From the NCBI RefSeq assembly GCF_009914755.1, contig NC_060931.1: a stretch of 64,000 nt of DNA, one strand, 5' to 3'. The notes beneath the pieces are model-generated. The model searched no databases. It was given only the letters and a program-made list of their open reading frames with translations, and had not been told where the DNA came from. Position numbers and translations under genes: made by a program. The DNA comes from the human T2T-CHM13v2.0 reference genome, Homo sapiens. This document shows positions 29,110 through 42,844 of this stretch, one piece after another (within the stretch, counting starts at the first letter, position 1; every line of letters begins with the position of its first letter).

Positions 29110-29240
29110 CTTTTCTATTATAAAAGTAAGACGTGTTCAATATCAAAAATAAAGGTAAGTACAGAGAAGAAAATAAAGATCACTCATAATTCCACCACCC
29201 AGAAATACCCACTGCTGAATTTCAGTGTGCATCCTTCTAA
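29110..29240 (-). mobile_element. L1ME 3' fragment
   Basis: 'attataaaagtaa...gaagaaaataaagatcactcataattccaccacccagaaatacccactg'. Confidence 0.65.
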
Positions 29241-31689
29241 TAGAGTCTTCATTCTGACATCATGCTAGTAGAACTGTTCTCTGGACACAGAGGCCTCCCA
29301 TTCAGGTGCTTGCTTTGACAGATGTGTTTCCTACTGAGGAAAGCATCTTATACTCAGGGGGTGAGAATCCATCCATCAAGAAGAAGGAATGACTAAGGGA
29401 CTCCCTGCCTTGCCTGCAGGAGGCTCTTCAAAAAACTACCACCCAGAAGTAGTTCCCTCTCTCTCTTCTTTTTACATTTACCCAGACCACTCAACCCTAT
29501 TTATCCTTTTCTTACCTGTATATGCAAATATGATGGCACCACCAACGTCATCCACCTCTTTCGTTCAAGACCATAACTTCTTTTAAGGCTCTCATGAGTC
29601 CTTCACACCACCCTCCAGCATAGAGAAGGGCTCTTCACCCATTATTCCCATTACTAGTGTTCAAGACTTGTTTTTTTTTTTTTGCTCCAGTTTTTTATTA
29701 GCAAACTAGCTACAAAATGCTGAAAATCAAGTTAAAGTTAATACATATAAGATCATCATAAATGATTGCACATGTACACAGATAATTATTACTTTCATTT
29801 GTTTTATTATTTTAATCTACAAACTTTGAGCTCTTTAAAAGTGGAGATTAGATGTTATGTCGCCAGACCCTTAACTTCGCACTTGGCATAATATAAATAC
29901 TTGATTAATATTTATTGAATTAAGATGAAAATGAAGAGAAAATTTAATTACCCAGTCTACTTTTTTTTTTTCTATCTCAGTAGTTAAGTGCAGAGAAAAA
30001 GGAGGTCATATAAAAATGATGAAAAAATAGTACCTTAGAACCATTTTTATGGTGTATCAGTGCATTTTTTGTGCTAAGGTATCACTGTTAACCCTAGTGT
30101 GGACCCTTTTTAATGACTTTTTAAAATCTTGACGATGTCCTTTTCACTTCTTTCCTAAATGAACATTAATATAAAGCCATAAAATGTTCCTTGGAGGGTT
30201 TTATGAGTTACTGTGTTGTAAGGTTGGGGAAAGGACACTTGGAGCCATTTGTTTTATGGAGCTTGATTCTGAAGTCCAGCACCGCCCCTGACCCTTCAGA
30301 GGCACGCTCTGAGGCATGAAGCCTTTCTTGAGGACAGTGAGCACTGCCACTTCTCCCCGAAATACACCAGCCACACTCCTACACTTGCCACTTCCCCGGA
30401 GTCCACAGTGTCAACCTCAAGCCCTGCCCTCCACGAGTAGCCTAGACACCGTGGAGCAGACGTTACTGATGATGCATTGAACAGCTCTTCTTCCACAGTG
30501 CAGATGGATTTTCCGTTCACCAGCATGAATCGCTTTTGCCATATATAATATCATGTAGTACCTGAAAAAAAAAATGATGCCAAAGACTAGAGATTTGGTC
30601 GAGGACATTGGTTTTTCTGGCTCTTTTTGCCTCCGGAACTCTTCTTCAGTTTATATCAGATGTGGAAGGGAAGGCTAATCTATAAAACAAAGATGGGGGT
30701 TTGAGTCCCCGGGGTTTCCCCTCACCACTGTGCTAACCCTAAATCAGCTTTCACCACTTACTTGAAAAACCCAGGGCCCAGAGAAACCAAGGTGTGAGAG
30801 TGTGAAAGGTAAGTGCAGGACAGATAGACGATAACGAGGGTGATATAAATAATAATAGCTTACATTTTTTTAGGTCTTCTTGTGTTCCAAGCACTGTGCT
30901 AAACACAGACTGTCCCCCCAAAATATGGCAAATTGTGATGCCTGAGGCAGAGTATGGTATGGCTGTCTGGGAACTCTTGAAAAGGATATTGGATTGCTTG
31001 CAGGCAAGAAACAGGCCAGATTATCTTGGCAGATCTCGCTCTCACTGTGGTTCTTAGCCTTTATTACACTGTTGGAATGGGTTTCTCACAAGTGATATCA
31101 AGGGAAAAAACTAGACGGATATGTCCAGTGTATGTGTACGTGTGTGTGCACATGCACTTAGGACAACTTTGGGCCAGGAGTGTGAGCCGGATTAGCACAC
31201 TGAGTTGTACTTTATTCTAACACATGCAGCTCAGTAGAAGTCTCATCTTAAGGGACATATAGAATGTTGAGGTAGAAATGGCTCAGAAGAAAGTTGATAA
31301 AGTAATAGGATACGTGCTTTTGCCAATCTACATGGCCATATCCTTGCATGCTTATTTTGACAGAAGAGTCACAGAACAGAGCAAGTTCTTAAGGCTCATT
31401 CATTCCCATTTCCCTCTTGACATTTTGAGCAAAGGACTGGAGGGACCAATCCATAAGGGGAATGCACCTGGTCATCTTTTCCTGAGCATCTTGGGATCAG
31501 GTGCTCTTGGGAATAAGATGATACGTATACCCAAGAGCACTTGATCAGTCAGGCAGTGAGTCCATCAATCCACAGCCCTGTTCTGTGCTGGATCCCATAC
31601 CTTTGTACCTGTGTGGCAGGAGACAGGAAGGATGTGTGGTGGAAACTCCAGGAACTTAGTCCAGCTGAGGAGATGATACAGACATTGGA

Positions 31690-32080
31690 AAACATAATGG
31701 ACCACCAGGAAATGATAAGCTTAGGAACTCAGAGAACATCATTTCTAGGATGACCAGAGAAGGCTTCAAGGAAGAAGAGAAATTTAAGCAGTGCCTCAAA
31801 GGTTGGGTGGGATGTGAGTTACTCAGCTGGGGCAGGGAGTAGTCTTTGCAGGGAGGGAAACTGCTGAGGAAAGATACGGAGGTGAGCCGTGCACATTGTT
31901 CCTGTTGGAACCACACATGTGTAAAGGCTCTGAGATGAGTTTAGTGAGAGTTGAAGGCTCATGTTGAAAAACACTGTGAGAGGCACACCCAGTACAGACT
32001 GTGGCAAGTGTTGAATGCCTGGCAGAGAAACCTAGAGCCTTTTAAATAGTTCTGAGCAGGGAAGGGAGGCAAGGAAAGCA
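31690..32080 (-). mobile_element. L2 fragment
   Basis: 'cagagaaggcttcaaggaagaagagaaatttaagcagtgcctcaaaggttgggtggga...cagggagggaaactgc'. Confidence 0.6.
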
Positions 32081-34499
32081 GTTAAACTGGTTCAGCTCTC
32101 AGGACAAATGTAAAATGAAGGGCTCATGCTTGTGTGTCAGATTGCAGGTTTGCTTAGAAAGCACAGTGCAGGGAGAAACCCGAAGGAGCAGGATTCTGTC
32201 TTCTGGAGCCCTAACCAAGGGAGGCCGAAGTTGGTGCTTTCATTGAACGTCCATGTTCTGACATGAATAAATGCCACGTCATGAGTTTGTGGTCAACTCC
32301 TGTGGTCAACTTTTAAGCAAGCTTTAAAACAACAGCAAATTGCTTCTATGGAATTTCTCTTACAGCATCTTGACATTCTGGAAAAGCCAGTGCAGCAGTC
32401 AAGGGAGTAGGTCCTGTCCTGTCATTTACCCAGGCTTCCTAGATTCAACACATCCCTGTGGGTCCCGTCACACATCTCACCCTGGCCCATTTAACTGAGC
32501 TGGGCCTACTGCAGACCTTCAGATATTTAATTTGTAAACACTTAATAAAGCACTGTCAGTAGGTCGGCTTGTCTTCTCTGTCGGCCACATCAAAATCAAT
32601 ACGTCCCCTGTGTATTCTGCCATGATTGTCTGGGCTGGGGAATCTAATAGGATTAAGTGTTTGGGGTCCTATCTGACGCCACAGTCCACAGTCCTAGTTA
32701 GATGAGGTTAAAGACTGGCTTGCCATTGTGGAGGCACGATTGCTTAGGGGTCTGAAAAATCATTAAAGCTTGTCCTCTTAAACGTTGATTGTTCCCTGGT
32801 GATTTATTGACAAAACACAAAAAAGTGCTCTATACTGCACTCTAATTATATGTATGAGGCCATAAGATCTCATGGGAAATTAAATAAAATTTACAGCTTG
32901 ATGGTTTTATGCTCCTGGGAGACATACCTTCTTAATAAGATCTTATAGCTGGGAATATTTATGAGGTTAAAGTCCGTAGGCTTGAGCAAAAGACCTAACC
33001 TTTCCATGGGAGGTGGGGATGGGGTGCGTTTTGATTTCTTTGAAGATAAATGATCGTAATGAAATTTTCAGGGGTTTAGGAAAAAGTGTTCAGTAAGACA
33101 CATCAAGCATTTCTCCTTAAAACCTCTGGAGGACAAAGCTGTAAGGGCACGGGGATTTACTGCGACCATTTGTCTCACATAAGGCCCCCATAGTCCTACT
33201 CCCCACCTCTGGGGCACTTCGTCCTCCTCCTGTACTCTCTGTGGCTTCCTCGTCTTATTAGCCCCCATCACACTTTGAAAAGGTGGGGAGGATCCTAATT
33301 AAGGGCAATGATGTAAGAGGTCAAGGAAGGGAAAGGAATTTGAGTAAGGAAAAGGGAGAAAGACTGAGAGAATCAATACATGTTAAGACAGCCCCCAGAG
33401 GAGTCACTGGACATTTAGTATTTTAACGGGTCACCTTCTCTTTATGTTAAGGGATGGCTGAGGACCAGGCTCAGATTCCACAAGGATTATCCTGTGCTGT
33501 TCTAGACAAAGAATCAGAGCATATCTGGGATAAGAGGGATTTGGGGGGAGGGCCTCTGCAGGTGTCATGAAGATGAAGATGATATTTATTTGTTACCTTT
33601 CTTGACTCTGAATAGAGTGCTTATCCCAACGTCTCCGTGAATCCTAAACGAAGCTTCATGCTTGAAAGTGGGCTGTTTCAATAAGAGTGAGGAGCATCGT
33701 TTATGCAGCCCCATTCCTGCTGCTTTCTCTAATAGTTCTGAAATGGCAAGAAGGAGGTAGGTAGGTAGATAGAGAGCTGTCATATATATATGTGTACACA
33801 CACACACACATAATTCCTATGTATTGAATTATATTTTTATCTACTCAAAGGAGGATAATTGTGTGGAACTCAAAGCGGTTGGGACATGTCATATGTGATC
33901 TATTTTTCTGTTTATTTTTTCTATTGAGTTTTTTATATGAAATCTGCATGGCCCCTTCTTTGTGTGGGGGGTTGGAGATGGGGAGGGCATTGACAGAAGG
34001 GTTGGAGATCAAGCTTTAGAGGGACTTGGAACAGATGGGCACATCACCTCTCTGGGGCCCCTGAATTTGAGAGCTCTGCTCCCAGCCTTTTCCCACCAGG
34101 GGAGCTCATGACTGGCTGTCTTCTACTGTGTGCTCCAGTTTATCTCCAAGGGTCAAGCAACCCCCGCCTTGAGAGCTCCCTGCCTAGGCTCATGTGAAAA
34201 GCAAAGGACTATGTGATGAGGATGAATGGATACAGCGTTTGACCTGCTAGGGTGAGGCAAGTGAATTGAGAAGTTCCTGACTTTCCTCATTGCCAACTAG
34301 TCATGTTCCTCGGCTTCCCTCTTCCAGAATAAACCAAAATAAAATAAAAGGGACTGCAAATGCCCATGACTTAGATGTGTTAGAGTCCAGCTTCTGTTTC
34401 CCCCATTTGGTCCTGATTTTCGAAGTGAAGGGGAGACAGGACTGAGTGGCATGGTGGTGAGCAACCCGTGTGCTTAGCCCAGCGGCTCTCTGGTTTGTC

Positions 34500-34595
34500 A
34501 TTGTGGTATCCCTCTCTGGACCACAGTTTCCTCATCTGGAAAATGAAGATCTAAGGCTAGGTGATTTTAAAGTCCCTTTCAGCTCTAAAATATTA
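34500..34595 (+). mobile_element. MIR3/MIRc fragment
   Basis: 'ctctctggaccacagtttcctcatctggaaaatga...aagtccctttcagctctaaaat'. Confidence 0.75.
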
Positions 34596-35755
34596 TTTTA
34601 CAGTTGTAGGATTTATGGAGGAGAACGGCATTCCGCTCTATCCCTTGCTTTAGCCTTTTGAATGAAAGTGAGATGTCTCATCAGCTCAGATAGAGCCAGC
34701 TCAAGCCCAGTGTCTCAGATAAAAGGAGAAAGAAAAAAAAAAACTTATTAAAGATAGCTAAGTTCCCTTGATAAGCAGCAAGTGAGAAATCCTGATTTAA
34801 TTTAAATATGATATTTCTGTCTTCATTAATTTAAAGCATGTATATGATAATGTATCCTTTTTTATTTAGTGGTCTGCCCTGAAGGGAAAGAAAGGCTTGA
34901 TTGTGAAGCAGAGGGGCAAAAGCTTGGGTATATTTTAATAAAGATGAATATCCCTAAAAATGCTTGAATTATTATGGAAGTAAGATTTGTTGCAAGTTAC
35001 AAATCAAAGCCTGAATTGTCACTTATCTCCTAATGATACTTCTACACAGATTATTAATTTCATTTTAGAAGCCCAATGAATGTTATATTTTATGACATTG
35101 ATTAAACATCTTGCTGCCATCTAACCATCCATCCTTTTCATTTTCAAAAATCCATATCGGAATTTAACAAAAACAGCTCATAAATTTGTATTTTACAGCC
35201 TAGCAAAGTTGACTGGTTCTCTACTCTACTTACCCTCGGGCCCATTCTGAACTCTGGGCTTGGGCCATTTCCACTCTTAGAAGTCAGCTTTTCCAAACTG
35301 ACATCATGTTTTGTGGTCAGAGTAGTACTTGGGGATTTGTTTGGAAGAGCACGTGTGGCTTCTGGAGCTGCAAAGCCACCAGGGGAGTTCTGAGGTGGTT
35401 GGGGTTAGCCCCTGACGGGAACTCAGGGTCTCAGCTTTCATTCTCATTCTTAGACAAGCTAGTTACCTCCCTCCTCAGTATCCTAGGGATAATTATGCCC
35501 TCCCCAGGGGGCTCCCAGTGCCACTGTGGGGATGAATGAGACAGTAGATGTGAAAGGTCTTCTTGCTCTTTAGAGGCAAGCAGTGTGGTAATGGATTTAA
35601 GAGCCAATAAAGAACAGTGAGATTGTAGGTTTAGGATCAACCTTAGGCATTATAGGAAAGGTGTAGGATGACTTGAAAGCAGGGATAAAAGCCTTTTGAA
35701 AATATCTCCACCATGTTATTATTTATCAAACGTTTGTCAAAAGAAGTACCTCTGG

Positions 35756-36579
35756 ACATAGACAGTTCTCAAAAAAGATATACAAACAGCCAATAAACAT
35801 ATGAAAAAATGCTCAACATCACTAATTATCAGGGAAATGCAAAGTAAAACCACAATAAAATACCACCTTACTCCTGCAAGAATGGCCATAATTCAAAAGT
35901 CAAAAAATAATAGATGTTGCCATGGTTGTGGTAAAAAGGGAACACTTCTACACTGCTGATGGGAATGTAAACTGGTACAACCACTATGGAAAACAGTATG
36001 GAGATTCCTTAAAGAACTAAAAGTAGAACTACCATTCAATCCAGCAATCCCACTGCTTGGTATCTATCCAAAGGAAAAGAAGTCATATGAAAAAGACATG
36101 GCGCACACATATGTTTACAGTAGCACAGTTCACAATTGCAAAAATATGGAATCAAACTAAATGCCCATCAATCAACAAGTGGATAAAGAAAATGTGGTAT
36201 ATATACACCATGGAATACTACTCAGCCATGAAACAATGGCCTTTGCAGCACCATGGATGGAGCTGGAGGCCATTATTCTAAGTGAAGTAATTCAAGAATG
36301 GAAAACCAAATGCCGTATGTTCTTACCTATAAGTGGGAGCTAAGCTATGAGGATGCAAAGGCCTAAGAATGATATATTGGACTTTGGGGACTCGGGGGAA
36401 AGGGAGGGAGGTGAGTGAGGGATAAAAGGCTACATATTGGATATAGTGTACACTGCTCAGGTGACGGCTGCACCAAAATCTCAGAAATCACCACTAAAGT
36501 ACTTATCCATGTAACTAAAAACCACCTGTACCCCAAAAAACTATTGCATTTGTAAAAATAAATTTCTGAACCCTTCAAA
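35756..36579 (+). mobile_element. 5'-truncated L1PB (L1PB1-like): ORF2 C-terminus plus 3' UTR, with TSD
   Basis: ORF2 tail translation 'HMFTVAQFTIAKIWNQTKCPSINKWIKKMWYIYTMEYYSAMK'; L1PB 3' UTR 'aagctatgaggatgcaaaggc...caccaaaatctcagaaatcaccactaaag'; TSD aaaagaagtacctctgg (35739-35755) / aaaaaaagtatctctgg (36580-36596). Confidence 0.92.
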
Positions 36580-36918
36580 AAAAAAAGTATCTCTGGTTTC
36601 ACGAGACTCATATGTGTGTTTCCTCAAAACCACTGTGGGCTCATCCTTTCCCTGGATTGGCTCCCATTAGGGGACCCCATGTGTTCCTGTCACATTTCCT
36701 TCTTTATAATTGTGATCTTTATGATTGCTGTTCATTTCCATCCAGCGAGGGTGCTGGCACCTGGATCGCCATGCAGGGTGCAGCTGTGGCCAGCTCTTCC
36801 TCCAGGAAGGAGACCTGAAGAGACGTATTCTGAGAAGCCTGAATTCGACTCTACATTGAAAAATTAAGGACTGGCAACCAAAGGCTGTCACTTGTTGAAG
36901 AAAAAAACCTTAATTAAA

Positions 36919-36960
36919 AAATAAATAAATAAATAATAAATAAATAAATAAATAAATAAA
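36919..36960 (+). repeat. (TAAA)n microsatellite
   Basis: About 10 AAAT units with one interruption. Confidence 0.9.
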
Positions 36961-37149
36961 CCTAATGAAGCTGAGGGTCAAGGGGCATCGGGATAAACTG
37001 TTTTGCAAGGGTTGATGACATTAGGAAAAATAACTCTATTAAATCAGAAGTCTGCCTCTGCCAGGTAATCCTTACCAAAAGTATGCAAGAAGCTTGAGAG
37101 ATCAGCCCTAGAAGGAAAGGTGCCACCCCAGTCCTCCAAGGGCACAGGG

Positions 37150-37383
37150 CACAGGGGTTAGCATGTAAGCTTGCTAGTCAGGCTGCTGAGGCTCACATCT
37201 TGTCTCTCGCTGTACCCTTGGGGAAGTTATCAAACCTTGCTGATCTTTGGTTTCTTCATCAGCAATAGCCCTGTCACCTAGGGACATTGTGAAGATTAAA
37301 TGAAGTAATAGTAGTATATGTCAAGTGCTTATTAGTGCAGTGTCAGGCCAAAGTTAGTGCTTAATAAATGTTAGTTGTTGTTT
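37150..37383 (+). mobile_element. MIR
   Basis: 'cccttggggaagttat...tttcttcatc...ttgtgaagattaaatga...gtgcttaataaatgttag'. Confidence 0.8.
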
Positions 37384-37717
<334 letters not shown>

Positions 37718-37747
37718 TTATTGTTGTCACGCGTTGGCTGGTAGTCT

Positions 37748-37791
37748 GTGGTGGTGGTGCTGGTGGTGGTGGTGGTAGTGGTGGTAGTGGT
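37748..37791 (+). repeat. Imperfect (GGT)n trinucleotide repeat
   Basis: gtggtggtggtgctggtggtggtggtggtagtggtggtagtggt. Confidence 0.9.
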
Positions 37792-40569
37792 CCTTTTGGT
37801 TTCGTTTGTTTTGTTGTTTTTGTATTCCCCCCCCCCCAAAAAAAAAAGAAGAAAAGGTTGCATATCATCACTTTAAAAGCTGAAGCAGAGCTTTTCTAGG
37901 CCCCACAGGGCCTTTCCCTGTAGGCATGGTGGTAAACTGGTGTTTAGGGACAGAGCATCCTTGAGTGAGGTTGGCTGCTGAGGACAGCCCCTCCCTATTT
38001 GGGAGGCAAGGGAGTTGGTATGATAGGAGCGTTACTGGGAGAGGACGGTAGCCGCTTAGTGTGAAGACTTCTCCAGCATGTTGTGAAATGTTCTTGAGTG
38101 ACACATTTTGCCCTCCTTTTTCTGACTCATTTACCTCATCCTTCTCCTTTCCTCCCCCGCGCCCCCCTCCCAGCCAACCCTCCATAGTGTGCTCCAACAC
38201 TGGCGATGTTGCATAAAGGGAAAATATGGCGTGTTTACAGAGAGAATTTTCAAGAAGTGTTAATTTAATATGCTAAAGTGTTCCCTTCAGCATTTTACCT
38301 TTCTTGTTGTTTTCACAAAACAGCCAAGACTAAATAATGAGCCCAGGGCTGTGCCCTTTGGTAGCGTGATAGCTCATTACCCACTAGCGGCCTCCATCTG
38401 CCCTCATGGCTGCATAGGGAGCCATTACGATTATGATGGAAATCTCAGAAGCCATTACCAAGATGCAACAGAGGGCCTACTGCAGACAGCCTAATGGACT
38501 AATTTGTAATTGGGAGAGGGAAATGAGTTAGCGAGCTGGGGCCGGTTTTGATGAGAGTGGAAGTGCGCATGCTAAATGTGATAAATGAATAGGAATGTGT
38601 GTTTGCACAGTGGGCTCTACAAGCTTTCCATCTCTCCTGGGGACTGGAGGCGTGCTGACAAGCCGTGAGGAGCGAGGAGGAAAGGCTCAGGGGAGGCAAG
38701 CAAGATTCAAGGAGAGTAGCTAAGGATAAATCGGTGAGGAAAACTAATGGCAGTAAAAATCCAAGGAAATGACTGCATCTGCCATGAAAGTAGTAATTAG
38801 GAAGCATTCGGTGTGCATGTCTTTAACCGTTAAAATAGGGGGATGAGTAGATGGAAGGCTGGGGCGGTGGTGGGCCAAGAGAGAAGCCCCTCGTAGAGGG
38901 CTCCGAAGGGAGAGCATCCTCAGACCTGGTGGTCTGGGCAAATGCTGCCTGCTCAGAACGGAGCCGAGTCCAGAAACACCACGGGCACCGCCCTTCGAGG
39001 GGCTTCTGGAACCCAGCAATGGGAAGGCCTAGCAAGCTCACAGGCAGCCATTGTGCAAGGCAAGGAGGCCAGGCTGCAGTGCCAGACCTGCAGAACATCT
39101 GTCCTTGGAGGGCTGGAGAGTCGCTTCATAAGCCCTCGTGCCCGGCGCTCTAAGCTGAGGAGTGCTGGGCACCAGTGTGGCTATGGACAGATTTCTGAAA
39201 GCTGGCCTTTCCTTCTGTTTGTCATTTGGCTCCCAGCATTTCATCTGCCCAGCCTGGAGAGTGCGCCAGGTGCCCTCATGGAGGCCGGGGCTTTTGTTTC
39301 CACTCACACTGATGGACCTGGTGAAGGGTAATCCCCCCAGTCGGTCTGAGGCCAAGTCCTGCTTGGAGCTATCCTCATTTTCTGTTTCTTTTTGGCATTT
39401 TCTGTTTCTTTTTGGTGTATCTTCTCAGTTCTGTCCCCTAACCTCCAAGCCCTGGTGTTCTTTCTCCTCAGTCAGACCTTCTTAGCCCTGAAAGCTGCAG
39501 GCCAAGCCTTAATGGGCCTCTTTTTCCCAGCAACCTGCCGTCCTCAACCCTTTCTCTGGATCTCACTTTTCCTCATGGGCCAGCCTGAATTGAGCCTCAG
39601 GATCGTCCTAGCTCTCAGGATTCCTCCTGCTCCCAAACATTCTCATCTCTTTTCCTGGGAGGACCTTTCAGCCTTCCTAAATAGCCTAAGGGAAGACGCG
39701 TATCCCTTCAGGGAAGAAGGAAGCACTGGAACCAATTAACTGAACCCCAGCCCAGGGCTCTTAGAACCCTTTCCCAAGGTGAGACAGCCACGTAGCTGAC
39801 TCTGCCTGCAGTCCCACCTCTGTCCCACGGGCTCACTTTTCCCATCACATTCCCTAGTACACAGGAAAAGTTCCCATTTTCTTCACCAAGCACTAGAAGA
39901 GGTTTCTAATTAGCTCCCTAATGGGATGATGACAGTCCTGTTCAGCAAAATTTTATTGTCAGCCTATTTGATTGATTATGTGAGTGATTGATCCCACCTA
40001 CTTTGAAAATGAATTTGAGGAAACCAACAAAAAACACAGATACATTGAGACCCCAAAGCAACTCATTCTGGGAGAAGGCAATCAATAAATACAAAAGGCA
40101 GAAAAACATTCTCAAAACATAGTACAAATTAAAGAAAGTTATTGAAAAAACACAAATGCGGTTCTGCTGTGACAAGCAGTCATAGAAAAGGAACAACTGG
40201 ATGAATGTCATGGATTAACAATGGAAGCATATTATTTAATCAGGGGCAACTGACTTTTTCCCATCCAGTGTCCGCTGTTAAGTATAGCATTGGTTATGTC
40301 ATCAATATCCCTAAACCAAGAGCCTCATCATACAGTCCCATCAATGTTGTATAAAAGACCTAGATTTTCTGTGTAAAGGTATTGCTTAGATATCCTTCAG
40401 TAAACCCCCCCAGAATGTGTCAACCTAGGACAAAGCCGTAGAGAGACGACAAAAATCAGGTTCCTGCTGTGCCCAAGTTCCCACTTTAGTGACGTAGAGA
40501 TTTATACTTGGGTAACTCTAATTCAGTTACACAGACAGTAACAAAGCATTTAGAAAATGCACAGGAGGA

Positions 40570-40760
40570 CATCATCAACACATTTGACAAATGTTTCTTG
40601 AGTACATCCTGTGGGCAGGCACTGAGCTAATCACTGGAGACACAGCATTAAATAAGTGGGAGAACATGGCCCATATCCTCATGAAGCTTATGATGATCGA
40701 ATTCTGACCCAAAGAAGGTATGGTGTGAGGGGAGTATTTGAGCTGAGCTGTGAAGCTAGA
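40570..40760 (-). mobile_element. L2 3' fragment
   Basis: 'gacaaatgtttcttgagtacatcctgtgggcaggcactgagcta...ggagacacagc...cctcatgaagctta'. Confidence 0.65.
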
Positions 40761-40764
40761 AGTT

Positions 40765-41308
40765 CATTAGAAATCAACAACAATGAGATACCCAGCAAAA
40801 CCCCAAATATTTAGAAATTAAACAACATATTTCTAAAAAATCCATGGGTCAAAGAGGAAATCACAAGAGAGATTAGATACTATTTTAAACTAAATGAAAA
40901 TGAAAATGCAACACATCAAAATCTGTGGCATGCAGCCAAAGCAATTCCTCAGAGAGGAATGGTTGTGTTAGATTACATTAATAGAGGAATGCTTGTATTA
41001 GAATAGAGGAAAGGTCTAAAATAAATCAAAATTCCACCATGAGGAGGTAGGAACCGAAGAACACAGATAAACCCAATGTGAGAAGGAAGGAAATAATAAA
41101 GAAAATAGCAGAAATTATTGAATAGAAAACAACAGTAGAGAAACCAAAGCCAAAACATGGTTCTTTGAAAAGATTAACAAAATTGAGAAACCTGTAGCTA
41201 GAATGAACGAGAAACAAATAATAAAAAAAAGAACACAAATACCAATTCACCAAGAATGAAGAAGATGTTATCAGTGCAGATCTTACAGACATTAGAAGGA
41301 TCATCAGG
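40765..41308 (+). mobile_element. Old L1M ORF2 internal fragment
   Basis: Degenerate ORF2 motifs 'LEINN', 'NPWVKEEI', 'NLWHAAKA', 'WFFEKINKIEKP'. Confidence 0.85.
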
Positions 41309-42329
41309 ACAGGAGCTCGACAAGCAGAGGGGAGGTAACGAGTTGCTAGTTCTGTGTGGGTTTGTGGGGTGGAGAGAAGGAGTTGCCATAGCAGGCAGGA
41401 GCTGAAAAGATGTGAACCAGAATTGTTGGTTTCTACAGTGACCCAGGACCTGTGTACACAGCCCAGTTGACTGCACCCTATACCAGCAGAGTTCCCACCG
41501 TTGAGTGGTGGTCTAATGTGCATGTTAGACCATAGATGCCGAGACTGACAGGTGACCAATGGACCATAATGCTTGGCTTTCAGGGCACCTGGACTTGCTC
41601 AAAACATCGTTGAGCATTGGCCAGTAAGTCAATCTGATAGATCTGGGTCCACAGCCCCTAGAACATAGGGGACTTTATTTCTCCCTGCCAACTTCTGGCT
41701 TCTGATCATTCAGTCTCATGGATATCAAAACTGACCTGATGCCATCCTGAGGCCATGATATCATCCTTTCCACAGTTTATATGCTTCTGAAAATGGAGCT
41801 TTCTTTTTAAAAGATTAAGTCTGAATATTCATGGCAGAAGAAGCTTGCCAAAGCTGGCTGCTCACCTCCAGCTCCCAAGTCAGTATCAGCCTGCCATGGC
41901 TTATTCCAGACCCAGACAACATCAAGAGAGAAGGCGGGTGTGGCATGGGCCAGTTTCATCCACTGGTCACAGGACCGGCACCTGTCAGCCATGAGGCTGT
42001 AGACAGGGTCCTAAAGTGCAAAGAAAAAGCTGTCAAAGCTTAGTTTTCTCCCCCTGCTCAGATGTTTACCTGGCAGGAGTGCCTGCCGTGTCTTTGTGTC
42101 ATTGTTGCTCTTTGTGCAACTGGCCTTCCTTATTCTCTCATTATCACACTCTCTCTCTCTCTATCTCTGTCTTTCATCTGTCCTATTATTCATCTGAGTG
42201 TGGACTCAAAAGAACCAGATTCTGATCCTGGGCAGGCTCCCTTTCCTTTACATATCTTAATGTGACCATCCATAAAATGAGGGAAATGAGAGTGCCATCT
42301 CATAGGCTCATGGCAAGTTAAATGACTTG

Positions 42330-42844
<515 letters not shown>

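Noticed and set aside
36057-36343. ORFs with clear protein similarity
   Set aside because: These are broken L1 ORF2 C-terminal fragments of a 5'-truncated L1PB, not a gene.
41026-41559. 177 aa hydrophobic minus-strand ORF
   Set aside because: About half is the antisense of an A-rich L1 fragment, which yields Phe/Leu-rich pseudo-membrane text; no recognisable domain.
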